From assembly GCA_964016885.1 (NCBI GenBank), contig OZ024753.1, forward strand, positions 44,020,001-44,084,000: a stretch of DNA of 64,000 nt. The letters run 5' to 3'. A program made the translations under genes and the position numbers. Below the pieces are notes generated by a model that was given only the letters and a program-made list of their open reading frames with translations, ran no database searches and was not told the DNA's origin. Below are positions 29,522-42,532 of this stretch, in pieces. Source of the stretch: Eledone cirrhosa. Taxonomy: Eukaryota. Position 1 is the stretch's first letter, and each line of letters opens with the position of its first letter.

Positions 29522-29710
29522 ATTATTTCTACTTTTTGGCACAAGGCCAGCAATTATCCCAGTGTATTACTGGTACTTTATTTTATCGACCCTGTAAGGA
29601 TGAAAGGCAAAGTTAACCTCGGCGGGATTTGAACTCAGTCCGTAAAGGGACGTAACTATGCTGGAAAGCATGGCATCCGACCCTTTACTGATACTGCCAA
29701 TCCACTGCCT
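29522..29710 (-). mobile_element. SINE-B copy (plus head fragment at 29401-29452)
   Basis: Reverse complement of the SINE-B consensus with an (ATT)n tail. Confidence 0.85.
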
Positions 29711-29749
29711 TAATATAATAATAATAATTTTACCAAGATTACTTCCATA

Positions 29750-30400
29750 TCACCACCACCACCACTCCTTCTACTACTACTTCTATTATTACTACCACTA
29801 CTACTACTACCGCAACTACTACTATCATTACCACCACCACTACCACCGTCAGCACCAACACCACTACTGCCTCTACCACAACCACTCCTACTACTACTAC
29901 TAATTCTATTATCATCACCACCACTACACCACCACCACAACCACCACCATCACCACCACCACCAACACTACCACCACCAACACTACCACCCCTACCCTCA
30001 CCACCAACACTACCACCACCATCATCACCACCAACACTACCACCACTATCATCACCACCACCAACACTACCACCACTAACACCACCACCCCTACCCTCAC
30101 CACCACCACCACCACCACCACCACCATCACCACCACCACTAACACTACCACCACTACCAACACCACCACCAACCCTACCACCACTAACACTACCAGCCCT
30201 ACCCTCACCACCACCACCACCCCCATCATCACCACCAACACTACCACCCCTACCCTCACCACCACCACCATCACTACCACCCCTACTCTCACCACCACCA
30301 ACACTACCACCCCTACCCTCACCACCACCACCATCACTACCACCCCTACCCTCACCACCACCACCACCACCAACACTACCCCCCCCCCACCACCATCACT
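29750..30400. repeat. (CCA/CTA)n low-complexity tract
   Basis: Direct reading. Confidence 0.95.
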
Positions 30401-30671
30401 CTACTGTTCAAACCCGAGGTGTTACCTCCAACCAACCCACCCAGTCAAATCAGTTGACTTTGAAATGGTAAATTGTGAGAAATTAATAAAACTGTATAGC
30501 CTGAAGCATATTAATTTAGGCAATCACTAGTAGGTACTTCAACTGTAGACTCTGTCACATCTTTTGACCAACCAATATTTTCTGATACCAACATCATCTC
30601 TTGGCTATTAGTCAGTCATTTCTTCATAAGCTCATGTCTTAATTAAATGACATTTGAAAAAGAGAAACAGG

Positions 30672-30741
30672 ATATATATATAGGTGTATTTATATATTTA
30701 TATCTGTATGTATATATTTGTGTATGTATGTATGTATATAT

Positions 30742-30795
<54 letters not shown>

Positions 30796-31394
30796 ATATA
30801 TATATATGTGTGTGTGTATATATATATATGTGTATGTATGTATATATATATGTGTGTATATATATATGTGTGTATATATATATATATATGTATGTGTATA
30901 TATATATATATGTGTATGTATGTATATATATATGTGTATGTATGTATATATATATATATGTGTGTGTATGTATACATGTATATATATGTGTATGTATATA
31001 TGTATATATATGTGTATGTATGTATGTGTATGTATGTATATGTGTATGTATGTATATATGTATGTGTGTATATATATATATATGTGTGTGCATATGTATA
31101 TATGTGTATATATATATATATATGTATGTGTATATATGTATATATATATATATATGCGTGTATATATATATGTATATATATGCGTGTATATATATATGTG
31201 TATATATGTATATATATATATATGCGTGTATATATATATGTATATATATGCGTGTATATATATATGTATATATATGTGTGTATGTATGTATGTATATATA
31301 TATATATGTATGTATATATATATGTATGTATATATATATATATATATATGTGTATATATATATGTATATATATGTGTGTATGTATGTATGTATG

Positions 31395-31432
<38 letters not shown>

Positions 31433-31495
31433 TATGTATGTATATATATATATATATATATATGAATGTATGTCTATATGCATATATATATATGC

Positions 31496-31557
<62 letters not shown>

Positions 31558-31703
31558 TTTAAATCAATATTTGCTATTGGTTTCTGACTGGACATAGTAT
31601 CTTGATATATTGATTTTATTGATCTTTTTAACAAGGGTATGTGCCAAAGTTGCATAAGAAAGTGATACATACATATATATATATGTATGTGTATATATGT
31701 GTA

Positions 31704-31758
<55 letters not shown>

Positions 31759-31760
31759 AA
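30672..31760. repeat. (TA)n/(TG)n compound microsatellite
   Basis: Direct reading. Confidence 0.95.
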
Positions 31761-31964
31761 TCAAGTAAGTTAAGTTGAACGGATTTTTATGCCATCTATA
31801 GTTCAATAAAGGAGGAGGTTATAAGTAAAGTTGAACCTAGTTTTATTTGAACCCAGGACAGTGATCCACCCCTCACTTGTAAAGTAACCAATCAGGTGTT
31901 ATATTATCTCTGTTGTATCCACTAACTTTCCTGGCTGCTACTTCAGTATGGAGTTCTACAACAG

Positions 31965-32002
<38 letters not shown>

Positions 32003-32366
32003 GGGGACTAAAGAACCAACTAGGTATGATATATCTTATTACTAATTATGTCTAATGTTTCTTCTCTCTTCATAATGTACTTTATAGCTCTGATACTGGT
32101 TCAGTCTAATCCATTCGGATTGGTTTGTCCCAGTTATTCATAGAGCAACATCGGTTGAGGTTGGCACCACTAACTCAGGGATATGTGTGGATATATTCAT
32201 GTATATGTATGTGTCTGCATGTATCTGTGTCTTTCTCTATATATATTGTATATATATACAGTATATAGTGCTAAGTACTATACTATAGTACTAGTACTAT
32301 ATATATATATATATAGTGAAAGAGTGAAGAATAACATGGTCAACAGTACAAGAAGGGTTTTATTTA

Positions 32367-32478
32367 CAGTATTAACAATTGTTTCATTGATTAGGGTGTC
32401 TTAAAATTGCTAATCACTTGAAGTTGTGTCACTCAATTTTAAATACAATGTTTGCCTAACCAAATCATCAGATAACTG
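32367..32478 (-). ncRNA. Type I hammerhead with long stem II insertion
   Basis: Minus strand: CAGTtat-CTGATGA-tTTGGTTAGG..~57 nt..CCTAATCAAt-GAAA-CAATTG-TT-aatACTG; stem I is imperfect. Confidence 0.65.
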
Positions 32479-33298
32479 AATAAAATTATACATAGCGTTT
32501 ATAAATTCAAATTACAACATCAGTAATAAAGTATATAGTACTAGTACTATAGTAATTAGCACTACCTTCCATATTTATAATTGTATATAAACCATATATA
32601 AGTATAAATATTATTATTATCACTATATATTTATATATATATATATGTATATACAAAAGTTTATATATTAAGTGTGAAAATGTTGCCAGAAAAGAAATGA
32701 AAATAAGAGAAATGGAGTTGGAAGATGAACCTCAATTCTATTTATTGCTGATAGAATTTGAAGTTGTTTTACATTCTAAACCCTTACAAAGTCTCTTTTA
32801 TTTGAGGAAATATGAGAATTTGAAGATCTCTTACAATTCAAACCCTTAGAAAGTCTTTTTTATTTGAGAAAATATGATGTATTACTAAGGGTTTTCAATT
32901 GTCTTGTTAAATATGTCATCATAAATAAGTATATTTTTCATTAAAAACAAACAATTGACAACAAAAACTACATGACAATTTGATGTAGTACATTGACAAT
33001 ACTGAATAACTGTTGTCTAACTTACAATATAGCTTCTTATTTGTGAGTTTGGGAATAAAAACTAACTATTAAATTACAAACAGTATATTCCAATAATATT
33101 TTGGTAGATATTTGAGAATATATCCCATATAAAGACAAGAAACAAAACAACAAACTTCTCTTAGTATGTGTAAAACTAACCAGTTTATCATCCACCAGCT
33201 TCTCCATGTTTCAGAAAGGAAACAAACCTACAATATTATTTCACAGAATACATTCCTAATATATTTTCAAATTAATTTCTTGTTTTCATTCCTGTTAG

Positions 33299-33635
33299 AT
33301 ATGAAATATATATAATACATAAGATAAATACAACCTTAAAGAAGAATTATCATGAGAGAAGACCAACATTTATTAATGTTAGAGAAACTAACATATTCTA
33401 TAGCAAATGGGCTGCAATATTAAATGTGACATTTGATAACTGTGATCAGATATCTATCGGATATGAAACTTATTATATACTAGAAGTGATAGAAGGAAAA
33501 ATGCCTGTTTGTGCTTGGATGAAAGTTTTCTCTGTCAGATGGATTGTAATTTCATACGTTTTGCAGTCATGTTGGTGAGATATGTAACTCTGCATGCCAT
33601 ACTGATCTTGGCAGGACTGAAATATTTACTTCATT
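33299..33635 (+). pseudogene. Possible frameshifted exon encoding a Cys-rich WSC-like domain
   Basis: Acceptor TTTTCATTCCTGTTAG, then a ~93-codon stop-free frame. Adding one base in A5 (33497-33501) and one in T4 (33559-33562) gives ...VTFDNCDQISIGYETYYILEVIEGKNACLCLDESFLCQMDCNFIRFCSHVGEICNSACHTDLGRTEIF, followed by GTAAAT. Confidence 0.35.
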
Positions 33636-34085
33636 GTAAATATACTTAAAGTTTATGCTTGGTGAGATAAAACTGAGTGAAACAATTCCAGTGAATGTTG
33701 CTGATAAAAGTCTTTTACATGATTCTCTCTTATACAATGTCACAAGTTGTTTATAACTTGATGACATAAAACTGTATTATATATCATCAACATCAGTAAT
33801 GGCAGTATCATCATCATTTACACCATCATCATTTACATCATCATCATTTACACCATCACCATTACCATTATCATCCCTATCATTATCATCATCATCATCA
33901 TGACTATCATCATCATCATTATCATGACTATCATCATCATTGTCAACACTGTCGTCTTTGTTGCCATCACCATGTCTTGCCCATACAAACTGGTTTTTGC
34001 TTGGTTTCTACAGCTGGATGTCCTTACTAACACCAACCACCATTTACAGTGTATATATACATATATACACTGTAAATGGTGGTTA

Positions 34086-34428
34086 GGAGGCACATGGCTT
34101 AGTGGTTAGAGCATTGGCTTTGCAATCGAAAGGTTGTGAGTTCAATTCTCAGACCGGGTGTTGTGCTGTTTCCTTGAACAAGACACTTTATTTCACATTG
34201 CTCCAGTTTACTCAGCTGTAGAAATGAGATGATAGGACTGGGGTCCCTATCATTCCACTGCAAAGTGGTCGTGGAGGTGCCACGACAAAAAAGCACCCAG
34301 CACTCACTGTAAATGAGGTTGGTGTTAGGAAGGGAATCCAGCTGTAGAAATCAAGCCAGAATCAGTTCCTGTCCCACCCTTGCAAGCAGGGAAAAGTGGA
34401 CGTAAAATGATGATAAAATGATGATGAT
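34086..34428 (+). mobile_element. SINE-A copy
   Basis: A box TGGCTTAGTGG, B box GTTCAATTC, RTE-like tail. Confidence 0.9.
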
Positions 34429-34944
34429 ATGTATTGGTTTTAAGAAGGGTATACATCTGTAGAAATCATGCTAAATAAAGGGTTGAAAGAAGTTTTCATT
34501 TGTGTCAAAAACAAAACAACCTCCCTCGGGTCAGTGAGTGCCACAATAATATACACCCAGTGGAATCTGTAAATGTTAGACCTTAAGTAAGATAAAGGAC
34601 TCTGGCCTAATTCAGACTACAGTAGTCTGAACTAAGTACTACCCTGTTCTGCTGTTGTGACCTCTCAGCATTTAGATGCCAGTACGGAGAAATGATGATG
34701 ATAATGATGTTAAGATAGGATTAGAGAAATACATTCCCAGTACAAGTATTAAAAACAGAATAATTTAAACAAAAAAAAAAAAAACCTTCATCCAACTCAT
34801 AGAAGTTAGTAAATGGATTATAAAATTTCAAATACATAAAAAAAAAAAAAAATAATAATGAATCAATTTTAAGTGATTTACATAATATGTGATATATAAC
34901 GAATACACAACAAATACGATAGAACTTCTATAGACACGACTTAA

Positions 34945-35145
34945 AGTAATGTCACTTTTATAAATAAAAGGTTTTATATTAATAAGAAAAAATATCTTAC
35001 AGAAGAATTGAAAATATATGAAAACGAGAAAAAATGAGAACTCCAAATATTATATAGATTGAAATGAGATACAAATGATTTAGAAGAAGAAAAAATATCT
35101 GATACAAATATGTTTAACTTCGATGAGTTAAATAATTATGATGTT
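34945..35145 (+). pseudogene. Possible decayed exon with two in-frame TGA codons
   Basis: SNVTFINKRFYINKKKYLTEELKIYENEKK*ELQILYRLK*DTNDLEEEKISDTNMFNFDELNNYDV, then GTAAGT. Confidence 0.25.
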
Positions 35146-35939
35146 GTAAGTACCATCTATCTATCTATATATCTATCTATCTATATTTAAATACCTATCT
35201 ATCTTTATACATATGTATGAATATATGTATATATATGAATATATATATATATATGAATATACGTACATATATATGTACATATATATATAAATATATATAT
35301 GTATGTATAAATAAATATATACACACATATGCACATGTATATGTGTATGTATATACATCTCTATACACATATACACACACATATATATATGTATATATAT
35401 GTATATATATAACATTTCGAAGCTACATAAAAATTAGATAATAGCTAGATTCATATTTTTGCCAGAAAAAGCTCTCTAAAACCCTAAACTATCAAAATAA
35501 TAAGTACATTAAAACTAAAATACTAAATTATAGAAAAACATGTTCTATGAAACTATCAAATATTTGTCGAATATAATTTGAAACAGGATTATTGACAACC
35601 TAAGCATAGTTATAAAAATATGACAAAAAACTTATTAAAAAAAAGTAATAAATGATTTAGGAAACTCTCAAGAGTTGTGACTTCATGACTAAAAATCTGA
35701 AATTTGACATATTTTATAACTTATTTCCCCATGGTCCCGATGGCAGTTTCCTTTTCGAGGTAAGGTTTTCCATCAGGATAGCCCTTCTTGGCATTAACCC
35801 TTTTAGTCACCTCCTTAAAAATGACATTTATATAGGGTACTTGCTCTAAACAATGACACACAGTCAGAAGAAGTGATAAATAAAATTGTAAACAAATTAT
35901 GAATGGATGTCATGAAAATGACAATAAATAGAAATTTAG

Positions 35940-36515
35940 CACCCAGTACACTCTGTAAAGTGGTGGTGCTGGTGTCATGATAAAATACACCCAGTACACT
36001 CTGTAAAGTGGTGGTGTTGGTGTCATGATAAAATACACCCAGTACACTCTGTAAAGTGGTAGTGCTGGTATCATGATAAAATACACCCAGTACACTCTGT
36101 AAAGTGGTGGTGTTGGTGTCATGATAAAATACACCCAGTACACTCTGTAAAGTGGTAGTGCTGGTCTCATGATAAAATACACCCAGTACACTCTGTAAAG
36201 TGGTGGTATTATGTCATGATAAAATACACCCTGTATACTCTGTAAAATGGTAGTGTTGGTGTCATGATAAAATACACCCAGTACACTCTGTAAAGTGGTG
36301 GTGTTGGTGTCATGATAAAATACACCCTGTATACTGTAAGGTAGTTGGCAGAAAGAAGAGCATCTAGCCATAGAAATAGAAACCTTGCTGGATATGATAT
36401 ATATGAACTGTAAATGAGGTCCATCCAACTTATCTAGTCTCGGGGGGCAGTGACAATCTGTCCAACTCATGCCAACATAGAAAGCGGACACAATACTATG
36501 ATGATTTGATGATGA
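35940..36515 (+). repeat. 48-bp minisatellite (~8.5 copies) inside an RTE 3' UTR remnant
   Basis: Unit ACCCAGTACACTCTGTAAAGTGGTGGTGYTGGTGTCATGATAAAATAC, followed by RTE-tail sequence and GATGAT. Confidence 0.85.
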
Positions 36516-37166
36516 TATATAAGCAGGAAATGTATTAAAGTCTATCTTCTAAGTGTGAAAACATAGTTAGTATTCTGTTAGCTTTATACATATCATATGG
36601 AACATACATAGATTTAGAATGATGTTTATATATAAGTATATAGGTATATATACATGATTCTTATAAGTGTAAATCATAATTTGGAGATAAAAAAATTAAT
36701 ATATATATAGAGAGAAATAATAATTAGATTTCTTTACATATAAATTATGGTAAATGAATATGTTTAGAATGATGTAGCAATAATTCTTATGTGATAAACA
36801 TATTTCTAAATATTTATTGAGAAAATTAAGTGCAATCTTTTATACTTTGGAATCAATGTATCCAAAGGAATGAAAATGTTAAGGAGGTAGATAAATAAGC
36901 ATTTAAATGGATTTATTTGATTAAATGAAATAATAATTGAGTTGAAATATAACTTATTTAAAAATGAAATATTCAACACTAAAATCTTGATAAATCTATT
37001 GTAGCTTTATTACAGCTATCATGTTAAAATAGAGGTAGAAGTTAAGAATTCTGCCTTAAGAACTCTTAATTCAAGGTAGGATCTTATTGTAACACCCTGG
37101 ATGAATGTCTTCTTCTCTAAGCCTCTGGGTCAGCTACATATTATATATATATATATGCATAACTGC

Positions 37167-37217
<51 letters not shown>

Positions 37218-37240
37218 TAACTGCACCAATGATTATGTAA

Positions 37241-37291
37241 GCACCTGATGAAGTCACATGAATAACCATGTAATAGAAATATACACAATGC
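37241..37291 (+). ncRNA. Degenerate minimal hammerhead
   Basis: GCAC-CTGATGA-agt c ACATG aataac CATGT a ata-GAAA-TATACA-CA-ATGC; mutated cleavage site; next to a TA tract. Confidence 0.5.
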
Positions 37292-37336
37292 AATAAACAA
37301 TATGGTGATATAATCCCATCTTAACTACCATTATAC

Positions 37337-37650
37337 CGCCGAGGTTAACTTTGCTTTTCATCCTTACGGGGTCGTTAAAATAAAGTACCAGTAATGCACT
37401 GGGGTAATTGCTGGCCTTGTGCCAAAAGTAGAAACAATTATTTAATATATATATAATGGCGGTGGATTGGCAGAATCAGTAGAGCATCAGACACCATGCT
37501 TTGCCGCATAGAGTTACAGCTCTTTATGATCTTAGTTCAAATCCCACCAAGGTTAACGTTGCCTTTCATCCTTACGGGGGACGAAAAAATAAAGTACCAG
37601 TAATGCACTGGGGTAATTGCTGGCCTTGTGCCAAAAGTAGAAACAATTAT
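37337..37650 (+). mobile_element. Tandem SINE-B copies (3' half at 37337-37442, full at 37458-37650)
   Basis: A-box-like TGGCAGAATCAG, B box GTTCAAATCC. Confidence 0.85.
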
Positions 37651-37671
37651 ATATATATATATAAATATATA

Positions 37672-37864
37672 ACGAAGGAAATGTGGTAAGGAACCAGGTG
37701 GACCATAACGCACCAAAGTACTCAATACTTAGGGTAGTAGAGTGGGTAATAGGAACAAGTAAGACCCCGACAGCTGAGCTCAAGCCGTTTCGACGGCTAA
37801 TTCTGTGACAGAATTAGCCGTCGAAACGGCTTGAGCTCAGCCGTCGGGGTCTTACTGGTTCCTA
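37672..37864 (-). mobile_element. Family P fold-back element
   Basis: Near-perfect palindrome 37749-37865. Each arm carries GAAA-CGGCT tgagctc AGCYG-TC-GGGGTC; the tail is on the left. Confidence 0.8.
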
Positions 37865-38441
37865 TATATATATATATATATATATTGTTATACTTTGGGA
37901 AGGTTTTGCTGCCAATAAAAATACACACATCTATTGGTCTTCCGAGATATGCCACATTGACATATGACATATCTAGAAGATTTTAAAACCTGGGGAAGCG
38001 CATCTTCTCTCCAGGTCTGAATGCAACAAAATTCTTCCGGAGAAAGATAGAGAGTGAGATAAAATTATAGAGGAAGAATCAGCCCCAGTACTAGGCTGGT
38101 ACTTTTCTATTGACCTCAAATAGATGAAAGGAAAAGTTGACCGACAAATATTTTAGTCATTGTATGTAGGACATATAGTAAAATTGTGTAATACACTTGG
38201 AATATCTTCTTGCTTTATCTTGTGTTACTTAACATAAATGTTACCATATTACGTACACTATTTACTATATATTACATCATGCCTCACTGATATAGAAAAC
38301 TTCACATAACATTTTCACCTGCAATTTAAGGAGATGTTTTTCTTTGTCAAAAGCCTGTTTTTGTGATGATGCAGCAATTCATTAGGAATTATAAATGTAC
38401 AAAGTATATATATATATATATAGTTATATATATATATATAT

Positions 38442-38785
38442 GGAGGCACATGGCTTAGTGGTTAGAGCATTGGCCTTGCAATCCAAAGGTTGTGAGTTCA
38501 ATTCTCAGACCGGGTGATGTGTTGTTTCCTTGAGCAAGACACTTTATTTCACATTGCTCCAGTTTATTCAGCTGTAGAAATGAGATGATAGGGACTGGGG
38601 TCCATATCATTCCACTGCAAAGTGGACGTGTAGGTGCCAAGGCAAAAAAGCACCCAGCACTCACTGTAAATGAGGTTGGTGTTAGGAAGGGCATCCAGCT
38701 GTAGAAATCAAGCCAGAATCAGTTCCCGTCCCACCCTTGCAAGCAGGGAAAAGCGGACGTAAAATGAAATGATGATGATGATGAT
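38442..38785 (+). mobile_element. SINE-A copy
   Basis: As above; inserted in a TA tract. Confidence 0.9.
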
Positions 38786-39134
38786 ATAGTTATACTTGGG
38801 GAGGGTCATATTGTTGTAATAATATTGCCAGAAATGATATATATATTTATTAAAATAACAGATTAAAGTTTGAGCAAAGAATTGTTGCTCTCACCCTTAA
38901 CGGGATTATTACTATTATTATTATTATTATATATATGTGCGTATATATATATATATATATTTATATATGTATGTATATATATATAACCAAATGTTAAACA
39001 AGGTTCATTTTTTATCTTCATCTTTGTATCTTTTTCCCTTTTCTCTTCTAATTAGCATTCTCTCTCTCTTTTGGGTTTTTCTCTATCACGGATATTTACA
39101 TATTTAAATATTTAACATTTATATACTTATGTGT

Positions 39135-39169
<35 letters not shown>

Positions 39170-39357
39170 TTCTATACTTTCTCCTACTCACCCCCTCCTA
39201 ATACTTATATCTCGCTACCTATCCCTCTCCATCATATTTAGTTTGTCGCACTATTACTTGTGGTATTTAAATATTGAGTTTTGTTGTAATAAATCACCCC
39301 AAAAACTGGAATTGAACCATCAGCACAGTTGAGGTATGTCATACATCAATTTATGTA

Positions 39358-39419
39358 TTTTATCTGATGAGGACGTACGGAAAAAACAGCACAGTACCTC
39401 CGAAATATATATAATAAAA
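39358..39419 (+). ncRNA. Type I hammerhead, palindromic stem III
   Basis: TTTTAT-CTGATGA-GGA c GTAC..GTAC c TCC-GAAA-TATATA-TA-ATAAAA; predicted cut after 39413. Confidence 0.85.
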
Positions 39420-39463
39420 CATATATTTTGATTATGTGAATGTATCCATTTATTAATATTTTG

Positions 39464-39499
<36 letters not shown>

Positions 39500-39544
39500 T
39501 TCAATGTCTTGGATTTGTTATTGCTTGTATGGTATGTAATTAAC

Positions 39545-39602
39545 CTTTATGCTCTGATGAGTCCCACTTATAGTGCGGATGAAACAATGTTAGCAAGTAA
39601 AG
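39545..39602 (+). ncRNA. Type I hammerhead, minimal stem III
   Basis: CTTTA TGCT-CTGATGA-GTCC CAC ttata GTG c GGAT-GAAA-CAATG-TT-AGCA ag TAAAG; predicted cut after 39591. Confidence 0.8.
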
Positions 39603-39654
39603 ATATGCATATGCTATAGGCGTTCTTTGTTATTTATTATATATATATATAGTA

Positions 39655-39863
39655 ATAATAATAAAATTGAAGACTAAAATCCAAAGAGGGCTCGATAAGG
39701 AAAATATATATCAAATATATAAGAACCGAAGAGCAAATATTTATTAAAATAACAGATTAAAGTTTAAGCAAAGAATCGCTGCTTTCACCCTTAATGCGTT
39801 TCAGAAGATCCTGTTAAGGGTGAAAGCAGCGATTCTTTGCTTAAACTTTAATCTGTTATTTTA

Positions 39864-39872
<9 letters not shown>
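39655..39872 (-). mobile_element. Family Q fold-back element; inverted arm carries the CAGAAGA hammerhead (+ strand 39798-39846)
   Basis: GTTT-CAGAAGA-tCCT gttaa GGGt-GAAA-GCA gcgattctt TGC-TT-AAAC. A further fragment lies at 38846-38907. Confidence 0.75.
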
Positions 39873-39911
<39 letters not shown>

Positions 39912-40463
39912 ATATAAACTTCTAACTATGCATGTAGTAATCCTGGACAGAGAGAATAACCTTTTCTCAAACACACGCACACACTTATATATATTAAGAT
40001 GGAAAACTTTATGTTGATCACCAAGGGTGTATCATATAAAATCTACAGCACTTAACTCCTAATTACTATTCTGATCATATATTTTAGCTAAAACAAAACA
40101 CATCATCAATGTGTGATTTAATGACTTTAGTTAATACTGAGTAAAATGCCAACATGTACAGCCTGTTTTATATTCCTAATCCCACTTGCTGTTGACTGTA
40201 AAGGAAACTACGTGTCTGACGTTTCAAGCCCATTACTTTACATCAAAATCTGTGCCTTGAATTTAAATAGAAGATATGATTAAATTAAAGTGATTTTTGC
40301 TGTGTGTGTCCATTTTGTTTTCATCAGGTACATTAAAATGGATGCTTTTTTCAAGGGAAGTAACTCTCCAATTAACGTGATTTACAATGTGTAATCTTTG
40401 TTTGTTCATCGTCTGTGGAACACTAAAAATATTTGCACTGAATTAAATAATAAAATGATGTGC

Positions 40464-40600
40464 GGAACTAGCTGTTGAAATGGGAATAGCTCAGCTGTCG
40501 GGTCCCAACTCTTTATAATATAACCATACTCTATTATCCCAAGTATCGAGTACTCTGTTGAGTAATGATCTAACCAGTTTCAAACCGAATCTATCTTAAT
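40464..40600 (+). mobile_element. Degenerate family P copy
   Basis: CTAGCTGTTGAAATGG..GCTCAGCTGTCGGGTCC..AAGTATCGAGTACTCTG. Confidence 0.55.
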
Positions 40601-40607
40601 TTATATA

Positions 40608-40783
40608 CAGTGAAATTCCGTTATAACTAAATTCATGGGATATAAAAAAAAATTTGTTGTAACGATAAATTCTCTATAACGACATTGACCAAACACATCC
40701 AGTGTTTGGCCGGGTGTTGAAAAAAATTTCTTTATACTGAAAAATTTGTTATAATGGTATTCATTATAGTGGAATTTTACCTG
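40608..40783. mobile_element. Tc1/pogo(Tigger)-type MITE
   Basis: TA|CAGTGAAATTCCGTTATAAC ... ATTATAGTGGAATTTTACCTG|TA. Confidence 0.65.
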
Positions 40784-40890
40784 TATATATATATATATAA
40801 ATAATGAGTTATTTGGTTTGTTGATTATTCAACAAAGTTAATTTTACAACAGATTAGAAGCACTCAACGGCATTTATCTGGAGTATCATT

Positions 40891-41101
40891 AATATCAATA
40901 ATATTAATAAATGGAAAATATCTTTATGAAACCGTATATATTTTATTATACGTATTTCAAGGGTACTAATACTATCTTTACACCAATTATTATATTTTAT
41001 CTGATGAAAGCGTACTTAAATATTAGTATCCTTGAAATACGTATAATAAAGTAAATATGGTTTTATAAAAATATTTTCCATTTATTAATATTATTGATAT
41101 T
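40891..41101 (+). mobile_element. Fold-back element containing a hammerhead at 40995-41051
   Basis: Arms 40891-40972 and 41022-41101. HHR reads TTTTAT-CTGATGA-AAG c GTACT..AGTAT c CTT-GAAA-TACGTA-TA-ATAAAG. Downstream text is homologous to the 39358 copy. Confidence 0.85.
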
Positions 41102-41319
41102 ATATATATATATATATATTATATATATATAAATAAACTTTGGTAAATGGATTGCTGAATGGAGAAATTCTTTTACTGTCTGAAGACACATTTGAACTTT
41201 GGTGAACATATTTGCTGGCTGGAGAAGTTCTTTTACCAATATTACACTTCTGTAACTATAAATATCTTACAAAGAATTTAGTCAAACTAATATTTACTAT
41301 TTTCAGACATACCGCAGTC

Positions 41320-42202
41320 ATCCCACACACACACATACACACACATACACACACACACACACACACAAATACACACAAATACACACACCCACACACACAT
41401 ACACACACACACATACACACATACATACACACATATACACACACAAATACACACACACACACACACACACAGATACACACAAATACACACACATGCATAC
41501 ACACACATACACACACATACACACACACACACACAAATACTCACACATACACACACACATACACACAAATACACACACAAACATAGAGATGTTATATGTA
41601 GATACACACACAAATACATAGATAATATATACAGGTACACACACAGAAACACACTTATATAGATATGATACACACACATACACACACACAAATACACACA
41701 CACACATATACATACACACACACAAATACATACACACACACATACATAGAGATGTTATATGTGGGTACATACACACATATAAGCACAGATGGTAACATAT
41801 ACAGGTACACACACACATACGCACACAGATGATAATACAGGTAGGTACACACACACAGATGATAGTACAGGTACACACACACACACACCAATGATATATA
41901 CAGGTACACACACACATACATATAATATGGATACACACACACGCACAGATGATATATACAGGTACACACACATACACACACATGATAATACGGGTGCACA
42001 CACACACACACACACGCGCGATAATACGGGTACACAGACACACAGATGATATGTACAGGTACACATATATACACATACACACGCTAATAAGGGTACACAC
42101 ACACACATGATATATACAGGTACACACACACAACACATACACGATGTATACAGGTACACATACACGCACACACACACACCTACACACACACACACACATA
42201 CA
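41320..42202. repeat. (CA)n microsatellite grading into a degenerate GATGATATATACAGGTACACAC minisatellite
   Basis: Direct reading. Confidence 0.9.
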
Positions 42203-42481
42203 TGTACTGCCTACAGTTATTTTTGGTTAACTTATTACCTTGTAAAGACTTATGAGGTTCTTCTCAAGTTTAAAATGTTGTTATTTTGGTAGAGTTCAGT
42301 TAAAAAAACAAAAATGGTGAACTTTGACTTGGAACTCCAAATGAAATATAATGGTTGAAAATAGTATTTTTGGTACCAAAATATGCAACTGTGCCTTTTA
42401 GCCATCTTTGGTAAACCTCATTTTCAAGAAGTGCTCTTTAACCTACATATTACTTTAGAGAGTTTTTATCAAAAGTATTTA

Positions 42482-42532
<51 letters not shown>

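Noticed and set aside
35035-35067. Selenocysteine readthrough of two TGA codons
   Set aside because: No SECIS or redox motif seen; CGA>TGA decay is simpler.
41176-41220. CTGAAGA-CAC..GTG-AACATAT
   Set aside because: Core is incomplete and stem I does not close.
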